A DNA stretch of 64,000 bases from Desulfitobacterium sp. (GTDB taxonomy: Bacteria; Bacillota; Desulfitobacteriia; Desulfitobacteriales; Desulfitobacteriaceae), in the NCBI RefSeq assembly GCF_034927245.1, contig NZ_JAYFQK010000059.1, positions 151 to 64,150 of the forward strand. The letters are read 5' to 3'. Shown here piece after piece: positions 36,529 to 44,834 of this stretch (its first letter is position 1; each line of letters starts with the position of its first letter). Under the pieces are notes generated by a model, which worked only from the letters and a program-made list of their open reading frames with translations, had not been told where the DNA came from and did no database searches. The position numbers were made by a program, and so were the translations under genes.

Positions 36529-38823
36529 TTAAAATTCAAATTCCGAACGATATATTTCTGAATAATCCACAGATAGATTTGGTTTTTCGATAATAAAATT
36601 GGGTTGCAAATCCGCGAATGTCACTTCAGCCGTGACTAGAATCTTACCTTCCCCTTCGATTAACATTTGCACAATCGGCTTATGGGGCGGGGTCCGCTCA
36701 AGGATGAGTTCATACTGACCTGCTTTTTCTTGGCCCTCCAACTTTACTTTACGGGGAAGTTTATTCATCGGCAGAAAATCATCAATTTGATCGACACGGA
36801 AGGGACGCGAACTTTGGATTTTCAGTTTTACTCGATAGGGCTCTCGCCCATAATTCATTTTTAATGTTAAGCTAAAATTACGTGTACCTTTATCCTGGAC
36901 GATTCCCTCTAAGTTCATGGGCGGGTTATTTGCTTGTGCCGGAAGATAGACATCTTTGCTGTGCTCCTGATTGAGTTCCGCAGCAAGTTGCTTCGGGATG
37001 AAATCAGCTGAACTTAGATGATACTGAACGGTTTGACCAGATTGACCACCTGTCCACTCCTTTTGAATATGAACGCTTTGAGAACGTGATTGCGTATAAC
37101 CGGGAACTAAGCCAAGCAGCAGTAAGTTGACAGTAAGGAAAATTACAGCGGGAACTTGTGCCGCTTTTAAAATTGGCCTTAAGAATTTAGGCTTTGTTAA
37201 AATACAAAACATCCCTGAAAAGAGGAGTGGAATCAAGAGTCCTGCATAAAACAGTGTAAATATTAAGGGATACTTATGGGCCATTTCGTAGAAGCTAACC
37301 CACTGCTGAGAATTTAAAAGTTCCCAATGGATATGATAAATAAAGTAAGGGCCGACTAAGGCCAAAATTAATTGCGGCCATAAATAGAGAAGGTCTAAAC
37401 ATAATAACCAAAACAAGAAAGGAAACGCCAAGTCTAGCCGATACAGGGCTAAGGAAGTCGTAATCAAAAGTAATAATCCTGTTGCCGCCAACCAATAGAA
37501 GTTGCCGGATTGGGCAAACGGTACCTTTTTGAGAACCCCGATTCCCAAAAGTATAAGACACATTGCAACCATTATTCTCGAAACCAACACAAGACCCGGA
37601 TATGCATACCAGAGAATATCCACGCCTTTAATCTTTTGCCATACCAGCTCACCAACGCCGCTGATTGCAACAACAGCAATAGATAAGGCAGTTAGGGTTA
37701 TCACCGCTAGGAGATAACGAGCCCAGGTTCGAAAATTTGCCGGACTATTCGTCCTAAAGGCTCGAATAAAGAGATATCCTGTGAAAATTAAGATAAGGAT
37801 AAATATAATGCGCAGCCCTAGAGTAGGTAAAATGATTACTTCTGAGCCCATTTGAAACGTAAGATAAGAAGTATCCCACTTCTGAGGACCTACAGACGAG
37901 AAATGAACCGTTGAAAGCATTTCTTGAATAAGCTGTCCGACGCGTTCCATGTCGTGAAGGGATACTCTCTCCATTTGATCCTCAGGCCGATGATAAAACC
38001 CCTCAGGGCGTCCTGCAATACCAAAGCCTACTGCCGGAATTCCATGATCTAAAAATGAACTGAAATCACTATTGCCGCCCTGATTTCCTTCACGCGTCAT
38101 CACCAAGAAATCTCGGCTTACATGAAAAGGAATACTTTCGTTCTTAACAATGTTTACAATTTGACGAACTAATTCCGGAGGTGCAGAAACTTTTCCCGCT
38201 ACATCAATTTCTAAAGGAGTCCCTACCATGTCCAAATTAAGCATCCACCGTACAGCTGAAAGATCTGCTTGTGACGTGTAGTACTCTGACCCAACCAGTC
38301 CCGCTTCTTCCGCACCGAAAAAAACAAGCTGATATGATTCTTGATGAGGGTTGCTTCCCAGTACCCTGGCCAGTTCTAAGAGGACTCCAACCCCAGAGGC
38401 ATTGTCCAAAGCTCCCGGGGCGGAGGAATCTGCCGAATCGTAATGAGCACCGAGAAGGACTGTCTCAGGTCTTTCTCCCGGGAGCTCTGCAATAATATTC
38501 CGGCTATTTATCACCTGAAGGTAATTTTCAGGTTGCAACGGATTATTTTGAACAACGACTTTACTGAAGGGTTGTTCCTTAACCTTCCACCCCGCCTTTT
38601 CGAGGATATAGTAAATATATTGAGCCGCTTTTTCTTCCCCTTTACTACCCGCCGGACGCGGACCAATCTTTTCGGATAAATACTGCGCATGTTCGTAGGC
38701 CTTGCCTGCAGAAAAACTGATATCTTGAGGCTGTCCGTAAGCAACGGGGGCTCCAGCCAGCAGGAAAAAAAGCATGATCAGAAATATGCTGCTCATCTTT
38801 GGGCTGATCTTTAGTCCCCTCAT
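36529..38823 (-). CDS. M28-family aminopeptidase fused to a polytopic membrane domain and a C-terminal soluble domain
   Basis: Signal peptide, then an M28 core (GAHYDS...DNASGV...FFGAEEAGLVGS...NLDMVG), about nine TM helices and a C-terminal tail of about 200 aa. Confidence 0.78.
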   Translation of the reverse strand: MRGLKISPKMSSIFLIMLFFLLAGAPVAYGQPQDISFSAGKAYEHAQYLSEKIGPRPAGSKGEEKAAQYIYYILEKAGWKVKEQPFSKVVVQNNPLQPENYLQVINSRNIIAELPGERPETVLLGAHYDSADSSAPGALDNASGVGVLLELARVLGSNPHQESYQLVFFGAEEAGLVGSEYYTSQADLSAVRWMLNLDMVGTPLEIDVAGKVSAPPELVRQIVNIVKNESIPFHVSRDFLVMTREGNQGGNSDFSSFLDHGIPAVGFGIAGRPEGFYHRPEDQMERVSLHDMERVGQLIQEMLSTVHFSSVGPQKWDTSYLTFQMGSEVIILPTLGLRIIFILILIFTGYLFIRAFRTNSPANFRTWARYLLAVITLTALSIAVVAISGVGELVWQKIKGVDILWYAYPGLVLVSRIMVAMCLILLGIGVLKKVPFAQSGNFYWLAATGLLLLITTSLALYRLDLAFPFLFWLLCLDLLYLWPQLILALVGPYFIYHIHWELLNSQQWVSFYEMAHKYPLIFTLFYAGLLIPLLFSGMFCILTKPKFLRPILKAAQVPAVIFLTVNLLLLGLVPGYTQSRSQSVHIQKEWTGGQSGQTVQYHLSSADFIPKQLAAELNQEHSKDVYLPAQANNPPMNLEGIVQDKGTRNFSLTLKMNYGREPYRVKLKIQSSRPFRVDQIDDFLPMNKLPRKVKLEGQEKAGQYELILERTPPHKPIVQMLIEGEGKILVTAEVTFADLQPNFIIEKPNLSVDYSEIYRSEFEF

Positions 38824-38955
38824 TCATCCGTTCTCCTTTTCATTTTTACGCTTGCCAATTTTTATGAGGAGTCTTTCACGAATAGACCAATTTTTTAATA
38901 GTTCAGTTCTATGTTATAATATTGATATAAAAACCCTGAGAAAAAGAAAAGGATA

Positions 38956-39978
38956 ATGAATATGCTTAGAAAGTATTTTCTAATTTTCGTTTGTATCACT
39001 TTGGTCCTTACGGGGTGCTCTTTTGATTATGCGAAGTTCTTTAAAAAGAAAGACATACCCGTTTCAAATTTATCAGCAGATTCCGTGCTCTTAAGCAATG
39101 ATGAGATATATAACAAAACTGTTGAAACCATCAATAATGCCAAAACATCTATATATGTTGAGCAAGGTATATTTACCGATGAGAGATTAGCACAGTTACT
39201 GATTGCTAAATCGAAAAGCGGACTCGACGTTCGTGTTTTGATGGATCAATTTCATACGGCTAATAAAACAACCTTAACAGAATTTAAAAACAACCAAGTT
39301 TCCGCCCAATTCTATCCCGCTCGCAAAGGCCAGTATAACCGTCTTAAACTCATGGTTGTTGATTCCAGCCAAGCGATTGTTTATTCAAATTACTGGAGCC
39401 CTGAAAACTGGAATGCGGATAACATGGCCGTAATCGTCAATGGCAAAACGGCCTGGAAATTAGCGAATGTCTATAATCGTGACTGGGAATTTACGACAAC
39501 TTTGAAACTTAATGTTCCCGAAACAACTACACTAGCAGATGATAATATTACTCCGGCAACCAATGCAAATATCAAACAACAAATTTCGGAACAGATATCC
39601 TCAAGCAATAAAAGTATTTGGGCTTTGCTGACAGAACTCACCGATCAGGAGACGCTGCAAGCGCTGATTGATGCTGCTTCTAAAGGACTTGATGTAAAGG
39701 TCATTGTGGACGAAAGTGCCAAATCCACCCCGGTAGTATTGGAAAATCTAAGAGCAGCAGGGGTTCAAGTTCGCTTCTATCAGCGGAAAAATGGGCAGCC
39801 GCTTGGTATTAATATTGGTATTTTTGATGGCAAAAGCTTTATTTTCTCAAGTTCCGGATGGACTCACTACACCTTTGTAATCAATCATGAAATGTCCATT
39901 ACTGTCCCATCTCCTACTGCCACAGAGAAATTAGTCCAAATGTTTAATACGGAATGGCAAGTTGGGACTACAAGCTGA
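38956..39978 (+). CDS. phospholipase-D-fold lipoprotein with degenerate HKD motifs
   Basis: Lipobox LTGC. The protein has two PLD-like halves, but the HxK(x)4D positions read RLKLMVVD and GINIGIFD. Confidence 0.7.
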   Translation: MNMLRKYFLIFVCITLVLTGCSFDYAKFFKKKDIPVSNLSADSVLLSNDEIYNKTVETINNAKTSIYVEQGIFTDERLAQLLIAKSKSGLDVRVLMDQFHTANKTTLTEFKNNQVSAQFYPARKGQYNRLKLMVVDSSQAIVYSNYWSPENWNADNMAVIVNGKTAWKLANVYNRDWEFTTTLKLNVPETTTLADDNITPATNANIKQQISEQISSSNKSIWALLTELTDQETLQALIDAASKGLDVKVIVDESAKSTPVVLENLRAAGVQVRFYQRKNGQPLGINIGIFDGKSFIFSSSGWTHYTFVINHEMSITVPSPTATEKLVQMFNTEWQVGTTS

Positions 39979-40009
39979 TAAGCTCCATTTAAACTTCAAT
40001 TTAAACTTT

Positions 40010-40063
40010 AATGGGCTGCTGCACTTGAACTTAATCGTTCTTTGTGCTAGCAGCCCATTTTTG
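40010..40063 (+). terminator. terminator after the PLD-like gene
   Basis: ATGGGCTGCTGCAC...GTGCTAGCAGCCCAT long hairpin followed by TTTT. Confidence 0.7.
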
Positions 40064-40079
40064 ACATACTGATTAAATG

Positions 40080-40706
40080 TTATTTATTCTCAAGATTTAA
40101 ATGCTTATGATCTGCGATTAGAACTGGGATAACTTCTCCCTCAGTTGTAATATCTAATATATTTACTGCAGTATTATACTGCCAAGGAACATTTGTCCAA
40201 TCTTCAATAGGAATGCCCAGTGCTCTTTTAATGAGCAGTTGGAGTGTCATCCCATGAGTAACAATACATAGAGTCTGCTCAGGATGCTTATCGGCTAAGC
40301 TTAAAAAGAAACTCCAAGCCCGTTCGGTAACATGCTGCATACTCTCTCCCCCGGGGATTTTAACCTGATCAGGGTTATGTTCCCAGAGCTTAAACAGATC
40401 AGGATAAGCACCTCTGAGCCTATTCCATTCTTGCCCTTCCCAATCCCCAAAGGACAGCTCCCGCATTGCCGGTTCTACTTTAACTTCCGGTAAATTTAAC
40501 ACCTTACGAATTTCATCGGCCGTTGCTCTTGCCCTAGGCAAATCACTCGAATATAGAACGGATATTTTCTCGTCTAGCAAACGCTTTGCCAAAACTCGAG
40601 CTTGGTAAATTCCATTAGCGGTTAAGGGCGAATCCATTGCTCCCTGAACGCGACCTTCGATGTTCCATTGGGTTTCCCCATGGCGGGTTAAGATTACTCT
40701 TGTCAT
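40080..40706 (-). CDS. histidine phosphatase family protein (phosphoglycerate mutase / CobC alpha-ribazole phosphatase-like)
   Basis: MTRVILTRHGETQWN (RHG motif) and a downstream H in VTHG. Confidence 0.85.
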   Translation of the reverse strand: MTRVILTRHGETQWNIEGRVQGAMDSPLTANGIYQARVLAKRLLDEKISVLYSSDLPRARATADEIRKVLNLPEVKVEPAMRELSFGDWEGQEWNRLRGAYPDLFKLWEHNPDQVKIPGGESMQHVTERAWSFFLSLADKHPEQTLCIVTHGMTLQLLIKRALGIPIEDWTNVPWQYNTAVNILDITTEGEVIPVLIADHKHLNLENK

Positions 40707-40978
40707 CCTCTATTCTCACTCTCATCCTTTAAACTTCTTTAGATCAAGCGGTTAGTGAATTAAAAATGGTAGGGAACTCTTCCCTACCATGCCCGCCTTG
40801 CCGTAAAACTCCAGGTTTCTGACCCTGCTCTCGCAGGTGGGCACCTAGATCAGCCTTTCCGCCGTCCCCCTAAAAAGGGCTTGACGTACTCAATAGATCA
40901 TTCCGGTTCCCGAATCATAAATAGGATCAAAACCAAGAACATCTTACGCACAACGCAGGTTCTTTTTATATTATAACA
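40707..40978 (-). promoter_or_regulatory. structured 5' leader: extended -10 promoter, multi-helix region, intrinsic terminator (riboswitch-like attenuator, class unassigned)
   Basis: TGTTATAAT at 40970-40978 on the minus strand. Terminator GGTAGGGAA-GAG-TTCCCTACC followed by ATTTTT at 40761-40788. There is a GNRA-capped helix CCTGC-GAGA-GCAGG and an alternative pairing TGCCCACC/GGCGGGCA next to the terminator. Confidence 0.5.
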
Positions 40979-41017
40979 TGATTATTTAAAAATATCTTGT
41001 TGTATTAGGTGGTAATT

Positions 41018-41455
41018 TTATCTTTTATACAGTTTATCCTCAACCTCTGCCAAACGTTCCTGAAGAAGAGCGATTGTCATCTCTTGGGTACGGATCCTCC
41101 GTCTTAGACTTTCCACTTGATACGATAAATCCTGAAATTCATCTTGCAGACTCGGTGCTTTTTCAGCCGGAATCTCTTCCGGTACATTAGGGGACTCAGC
41201 ATTATGAACCATCTCAGTTGACACTTGGTCTGACTTAACCTTAAATCGTCCATAACGAGTATTGCGGCCGGGATTAAGTTCCAGCCATCCTTCTGCTTCC
41301 AGAGATTGAAGAGCACGTTTTAACGTCGTACTCGCTGTCCCTGTCTCCCGCTGAATTTCCGAATATGCTAGTTCAAATTCTTGACCCTCATGCAACTTTG
41401 ACATTTTCTCAAAAAAACGTATGAATTTCTCATGCGTCTTCTCTCTTAATTTCAT
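41018..41455 (-). CDS. hypothetical winged-helix + coiled-coil protein
   Basis: 145 aa. The N-terminal half is wHTH-like (TGTASTTLKRALQSLEAEGWLEL) and the C-terminal part is a heptad-rich helix. Confidence 0.5.
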   Translation of the reverse strand: MKLREKTHEKFIRFFEKMSKLHEGQEFELAYSEIQRETGTASTTLKRALQSLEAEGWLELNPGRNTRYGRFKVKSDQVSTEMVHNAESPNVPEEIPAEKAPSLQDEFQDLSYQVESLRRRIRTQEMTIALLQERLAEVEDKLYKR

Positions 41456-41537
41456 AATGGATCATCCCCTATGAATTTATTCGCCAAGGGAAAATAGTAC
41501 GTCATATTATTAACACGCTTGTCGATACCTGCTCAAA

Positions 41538-42371
41538 TCAGTCTTTTCCGTAAAGCTTCTCAATAACTTCCTCTGAAATAGAGAATTCATGTTCACTTCC
41601 CGGAAAACGTTGTTCCTTAACCTCGATTACATATTGACGAATACCTTCTACAGCTATGGGTTTAACATTGCCATACGTCTTTACAAATTTAGGTTTAAAG
41701 CGATCAAACATGGATAGCATGTCATGGATAACGAGGACTTGTCCATCACATTCTTTTCCCGCACCGATTCCAATCGTTGGCACGTTTACTTCTTGTGTTA
41801 TCCTTCTCGCCACTTCTGCCGGTATTGCTTCAAGAGTTATTGCCATAACCCCCGCTTCTTCCAGGGCATGTGCATCTCTCATCAATTGTTTTGCACTTTC
41901 AAAATCACGGCCTTGCACTTTAAAACCCCCGAGTTGGCTAGCCGTTTGCGGGGTTAAGCCAATATGTCCAACCACAGGGATGCCGGCTTGTGTCAATGCT
42001 TTAATGATAGGTGCATAGCTTTCCCCGCCTTCTAACTTAACCGCATCAGCCCCTCCTTCTTTTATAAGCCGCCCTGCATTACTTAAGGCTATATCTATAG
42101 TTGGATAGCTCATAAAAGGCATATCCGTTACGACAAAGGTCTGTGGTGCTCCCCTGCGCACTGCTTTTGTATGGTGGAGCATATCATCCATTGTTACTGG
42201 AACGGTTGTATCATATCCAAGAACGACCATTCCTAAAGAATCACCGACAAGGATCATGTCCACGTTGGCCTCTTCTGCCCAATGTGCCGTAGGATAATCA
42301 TAAGAAGTTAACATGGCAATTCTTTCATGTTCATCTTTCATTTTAAAGAAATCAGGTACAGTCTTTCTCAT
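41538..42371 (-). CDS. panB: 3-methyl-2-oxobutanoate hydroxymethyltransferase
   Basis: 277 aa; MLTSYDYPTA...ILVGDSLGMV...KLEGG signature. Confidence 0.92.
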   Translation of the reverse strand: MRKTVPDFFKMKDEHERIAMLTSYDYPTAHWAEEANVDMILVGDSLGMVVLGYDTTVPVTMDDMLHHTKAVRRGAPQTFVVTDMPFMSYPTIDIALSNAGRLIKEGGADAVKLEGGESYAPIIKALTQAGIPVVGHIGLTPQTASQLGGFKVQGRDFESAKQLMRDAHALEEAGVMAITLEAIPAEVARRITQEVNVPTIGIGAGKECDGQVLVIHDMLSMFDRFKPKFVKTYGNVKPIAVEGIRQYVIEVKEQRFPGSEHEFSISEEVIEKLYGKD

Positions 42372-42503
42372 TTTAACCTATCTCCTTTAAGTGAATTAAA
42401 TTTTACTGCTTGGATTATTATACCATAATTCAAAACAAAGGGATAAAAGAATACTTTCTAACTTTCAGGCATAGGCTCTACTAGCCAAAGGAGGAATGCC
42501 AAT

Positions 42504-42872
42504 ATGCCTAAGTCCTTTAAATTCAGCCTTGTCCTAAAGGGAATCCTTATTTCTGCCCTCTTTGCATTAGTTCTTTCCCTTCTTTTCAGCCTTATACTTG
42601 CCTTTACAAAAATACCGGAATCCGGATTATCATTCCATTTCATTTTTGGAATCAGTGTCTTCTTTGGAGCAGCTCTTACGTCTTATCAAGAAGGATCTAA
42701 AGGACTTTACTATGGACTTGCCGTTGGCCTCGGCTTTGTCATTTTCTTACTCCTGATATCAGCCATCCTTGCTTCCAGCTCCCCGGTTTGGCTCGGACTT
42801 GCTGAGAAAAGCATAATCTCTCTCATCTGTGGTGCAGTTGGCGGGATAATCGGTGCTATTCTCAAGCGTTAA
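42504..42872 (+). CDS. small four-TM membrane protein (YrzE/TIGR04086-like)
   Basis: 122 aa with a GGAGGA RBS. The hydrophobic pattern resembles the TIGR04086 family. Confidence 0.55.
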   Translation: MPKSFKFSLVLKGILISALFALVLSLLFSLILAFTKIPESGLSFHFIFGISVFFGAALTSYQEGSKGLYYGLAVGLGFVIFLLLISAILASSSPVWLGLAEKSIISLICGAVGGIIGAILKR

Positions 42873-42963
42873 TACTTAAAAATGCATAACTTCCGATTTC
42901 TCTTTAATTTTCATAGATAAAGCGCTAAAATAAGGAATAGAGGAAAATTGAGGAGGAATAGTT

Positions 42964-43419
42964 ATGTGTGTGGAGAAAACGCCCTGGGAACAAGTGATAG
43001 ATTTTCATGGACATACCTGTCCGGGAATCGCTATCGGCTACCGTGTTGCTATTCTCGCTCAGAAGGAAATGGGAATCCGCCCAACATCAGATTCCGAACT
43101 TTTAGTTAAGGCTGAGACCCGTTCTTGTGCTTTAGACGCTTTTCAGATCATCAATAAGGCAACAATCGGCCGCAGAGCACTAATAATTGAAGATACACAC
43201 CAACCCATTTACTCGTTTCATTTCACAGGCACCCAAGAAATCCTGAAAATCACCGTAAATTCCGCTCTACTGGAACAGTTCAAATCCCCTAACCCTGATA
43301 CTCTATCTCCGAGAGAAAAGCAAAATAGAAATCTCGAAATGATCCAGCATATTTTAACCACTGCCGAAAAAGACTTTTGCACAATTGAACGGGTTCACGG
43401 AGAGCTCACAAAAGAATAA
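42964..43419 (+). CDS. FmdE/FwdE-family protein
   Basis: DFHGHTCPGIAIGYRVA motif. Confidence 0.8.
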   Translation: MCVEKTPWEQVIDFHGHTCPGIAIGYRVAILAQKEMGIRPTSDSELLVKAETRSCALDAFQIINKATIGRRALIIEDTHQPIYSFHFTGTQEILKITVNSALLEQFKSPNPDTLSPREKQNRNLEMIQHILTTAEKDFCTIERVHGELTKE

Positions 43420-43470
43420 GCAGCTTTTAACAATGGGACTGTTGCCCAATGCAGCGGTTCCATTTACTAT

Positions 43471-44262
43471 TTATTTTAAAGTTTGCTTTTTGCATACCCA
43501 AAACCGCCATGCCATAAGGACTAAACCTAAAACAACAGTAAGCGCACTGCTCCAATGCGCTGCCGTCCAATTAAAAAGATAACGCGGACTATCCCCTCGC
43601 AGATTCTCTAGGAAGAAACGAACAGCATTATACCCGACTACATAAACAAGGAAGATAAAACCGGAAGGCCATTTTTTATTCCTTGTTTTAAGAATAAGCA
43701 GCAAGGCAAAAAGAATAATATCAAACTGTCCTTCCCATACCTCTGCCGGCCAGAGTGGTTGGTTTCCAAAAGTCGCCCTGGCAATCGTCCCTTCAGGGAA
43801 AAGTATACCAAAGTTTTCCCCGGTCGGACCTCCGAAAGCATCTCCATTCATTAAGTTTGCATCTCGGCCAATGCTTTGGGCTAAAATCAGTCCCGGGGCA
43901 GCTAAATCTGCCATTTCCCAAAAAGGAATTTTCTTTCTCCAGAGATACCATGCACCGACCAAAAGTGCCCCGACAACCCCCCCTTGAATGGATAGCCCTC
44001 CATGCCAAATAGCGAGAATTTCTTGAGGATTTTGGCTGTAATAATCCCACTCAAAGAAAAAAACCTGCCAAATGCGGGCACCAATAATGCCCCCGATTAA
44101 GAGCAGAGGCGCTAAATCTAAGAATGGATCAATCCATTCTTTTTTCCCCTCGACCTTAGCAAAATATACCGTAACTCCTACTCCTAAAATAAAGGCTAAA
44201 GCAAAAATCGTACCGTAAGCTCGGATTGGAAAATCACCAATAAAAAACCAATATTGATGCAT
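43471..44262 (-). CDS. lgt: prolipoprotein diacylglyceryl transferase
   Basis: FPIRAYGTIFALAFILG...GGIIGARI...HGGLSIQGG motifs. Confidence 0.9.
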   Translation of the reverse strand: MHQYWFFIGDFPIRAYGTIFALAFILGVGVTVYFAKVEGKKEWIDPFLDLAPLLLIGGIIGARIWQVFFFEWDYYSQNPQEILAIWHGGLSIQGGVVGALLVGAWYLWRKKIPFWEMADLAAPGLILAQSIGRDANLMNGDAFGGPTGENFGILFPEGTIARATFGNQPLWPAEVWEGQFDIILFALLLILKTRNKKWPSGFIFLVYVVGYNAVRFFLENLRGDSPRYLFNWTAAHWSSALTVVLGLVLMAWRFWVCKKQTLK

Positions 44263-44352
44263 AATTACTCCCCTTAAATTCGTATTTATGTACTTTATGT
44301 ACCGATAACTAAAAGGCTTGATATTTTATCAAGCCTTAGTATTGTTACTCCC

Positions 44353-44556
44353 CTATCGTGCATTTAAACCGGAAAAGAAAGAATCATATTCTGAGGGATC
44401 GGGAATGTTCGCCGCTCTGTAACCTTTGCCTGTCGGAATTTTTTTCTCCTCATAATAATGTGAAGATCTTGACTTAGCACCCCAATGATCCATAAAGCCC
44501 GTAAAAATAAAGACACCAATTGCACCCAGACCGATAATCCAATGAAATATGCTCAT
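44353..44556 (-). CDS. small membrane protein, function unknown
   Basis: 67 aa with a GGGGAGGTG RBS, its own strong promoter and a terminator hairpin at 44309-44338. Confidence 0.5.
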   Translation of the reverse strand: MSIFHWIIGLGAIGVFIFTGFMDHWGAKSRSSHYYEEKKIPTGKGYRAANIPDPSEYDSFFSGLNAR

Positions 44557-44577
44557 AATAATGACACCTCCCCTTTA

Positions 44578-44605
44578 ATTTTAGGAACAATTTGTAGATT
44601 GTCAA
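44578..44605 (-). promoter_or_regulatory. sigma-A promoter TTGACA-16-TAAAAT
   Basis: Read on the minus strand, about 20 nt upstream of the RBS of the 67-aa ORF. Confidence 0.6.
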
Positions 44606-44691
44606 GAATCAAAATCAACCACTCACCGCTAAAATAAGACCGTTGGCGGAAAAACTGTGTCAACAATTTATAAACCGGCTATACTGAATTC

Positions 44692-44755
44692 AAATACTCC
44701 TCTACCCTTTTCCACCTGGGCCAGAGGCCCTCCCCATCTTTGATGGGGTTTTTTA
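44692..44755 (+). ncRNA. candidate small RNA (~65 nt) with C/U-rich tracts
   Basis: GTGTCA-17-TATACT at 44657-44685, then CCCCATC-TTTG-ATGGGG followed by TTTTTT at 44732-44754. No plus-strand gene lies upstream that this terminator could serve. Confidence 0.3.
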
Positions 44756-44834
44756 TTAGCACGCCTTATTATACACCGAAAGTAACAAAGTGAGAACTGT
44801 GAAAATCAAAAATGGCAATGTAAGGAACTCCACG

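Noticed and set aside
40789-40900. Calling the leader an SRP RNA Alu domain, M-box, T-box or classical cobalamin riboswitch
   Set aside because: Short strings resemble each of these (GGTGCCC..CCTGC..GCAGGG; GGGTCAGAAAC; GGTG..ACC.GCG; B12-box-like GTCAGAAACCTG). None of the full conserved cores is present (GGAAGGAAGCAGC for SRP, GTTAGGTGAGGC for M-box, the specifier/AGAGA features for T-box, or GGGAA..GGTG..CCCGC.ACTG for cobalamin). The element is therefore left unassigned.
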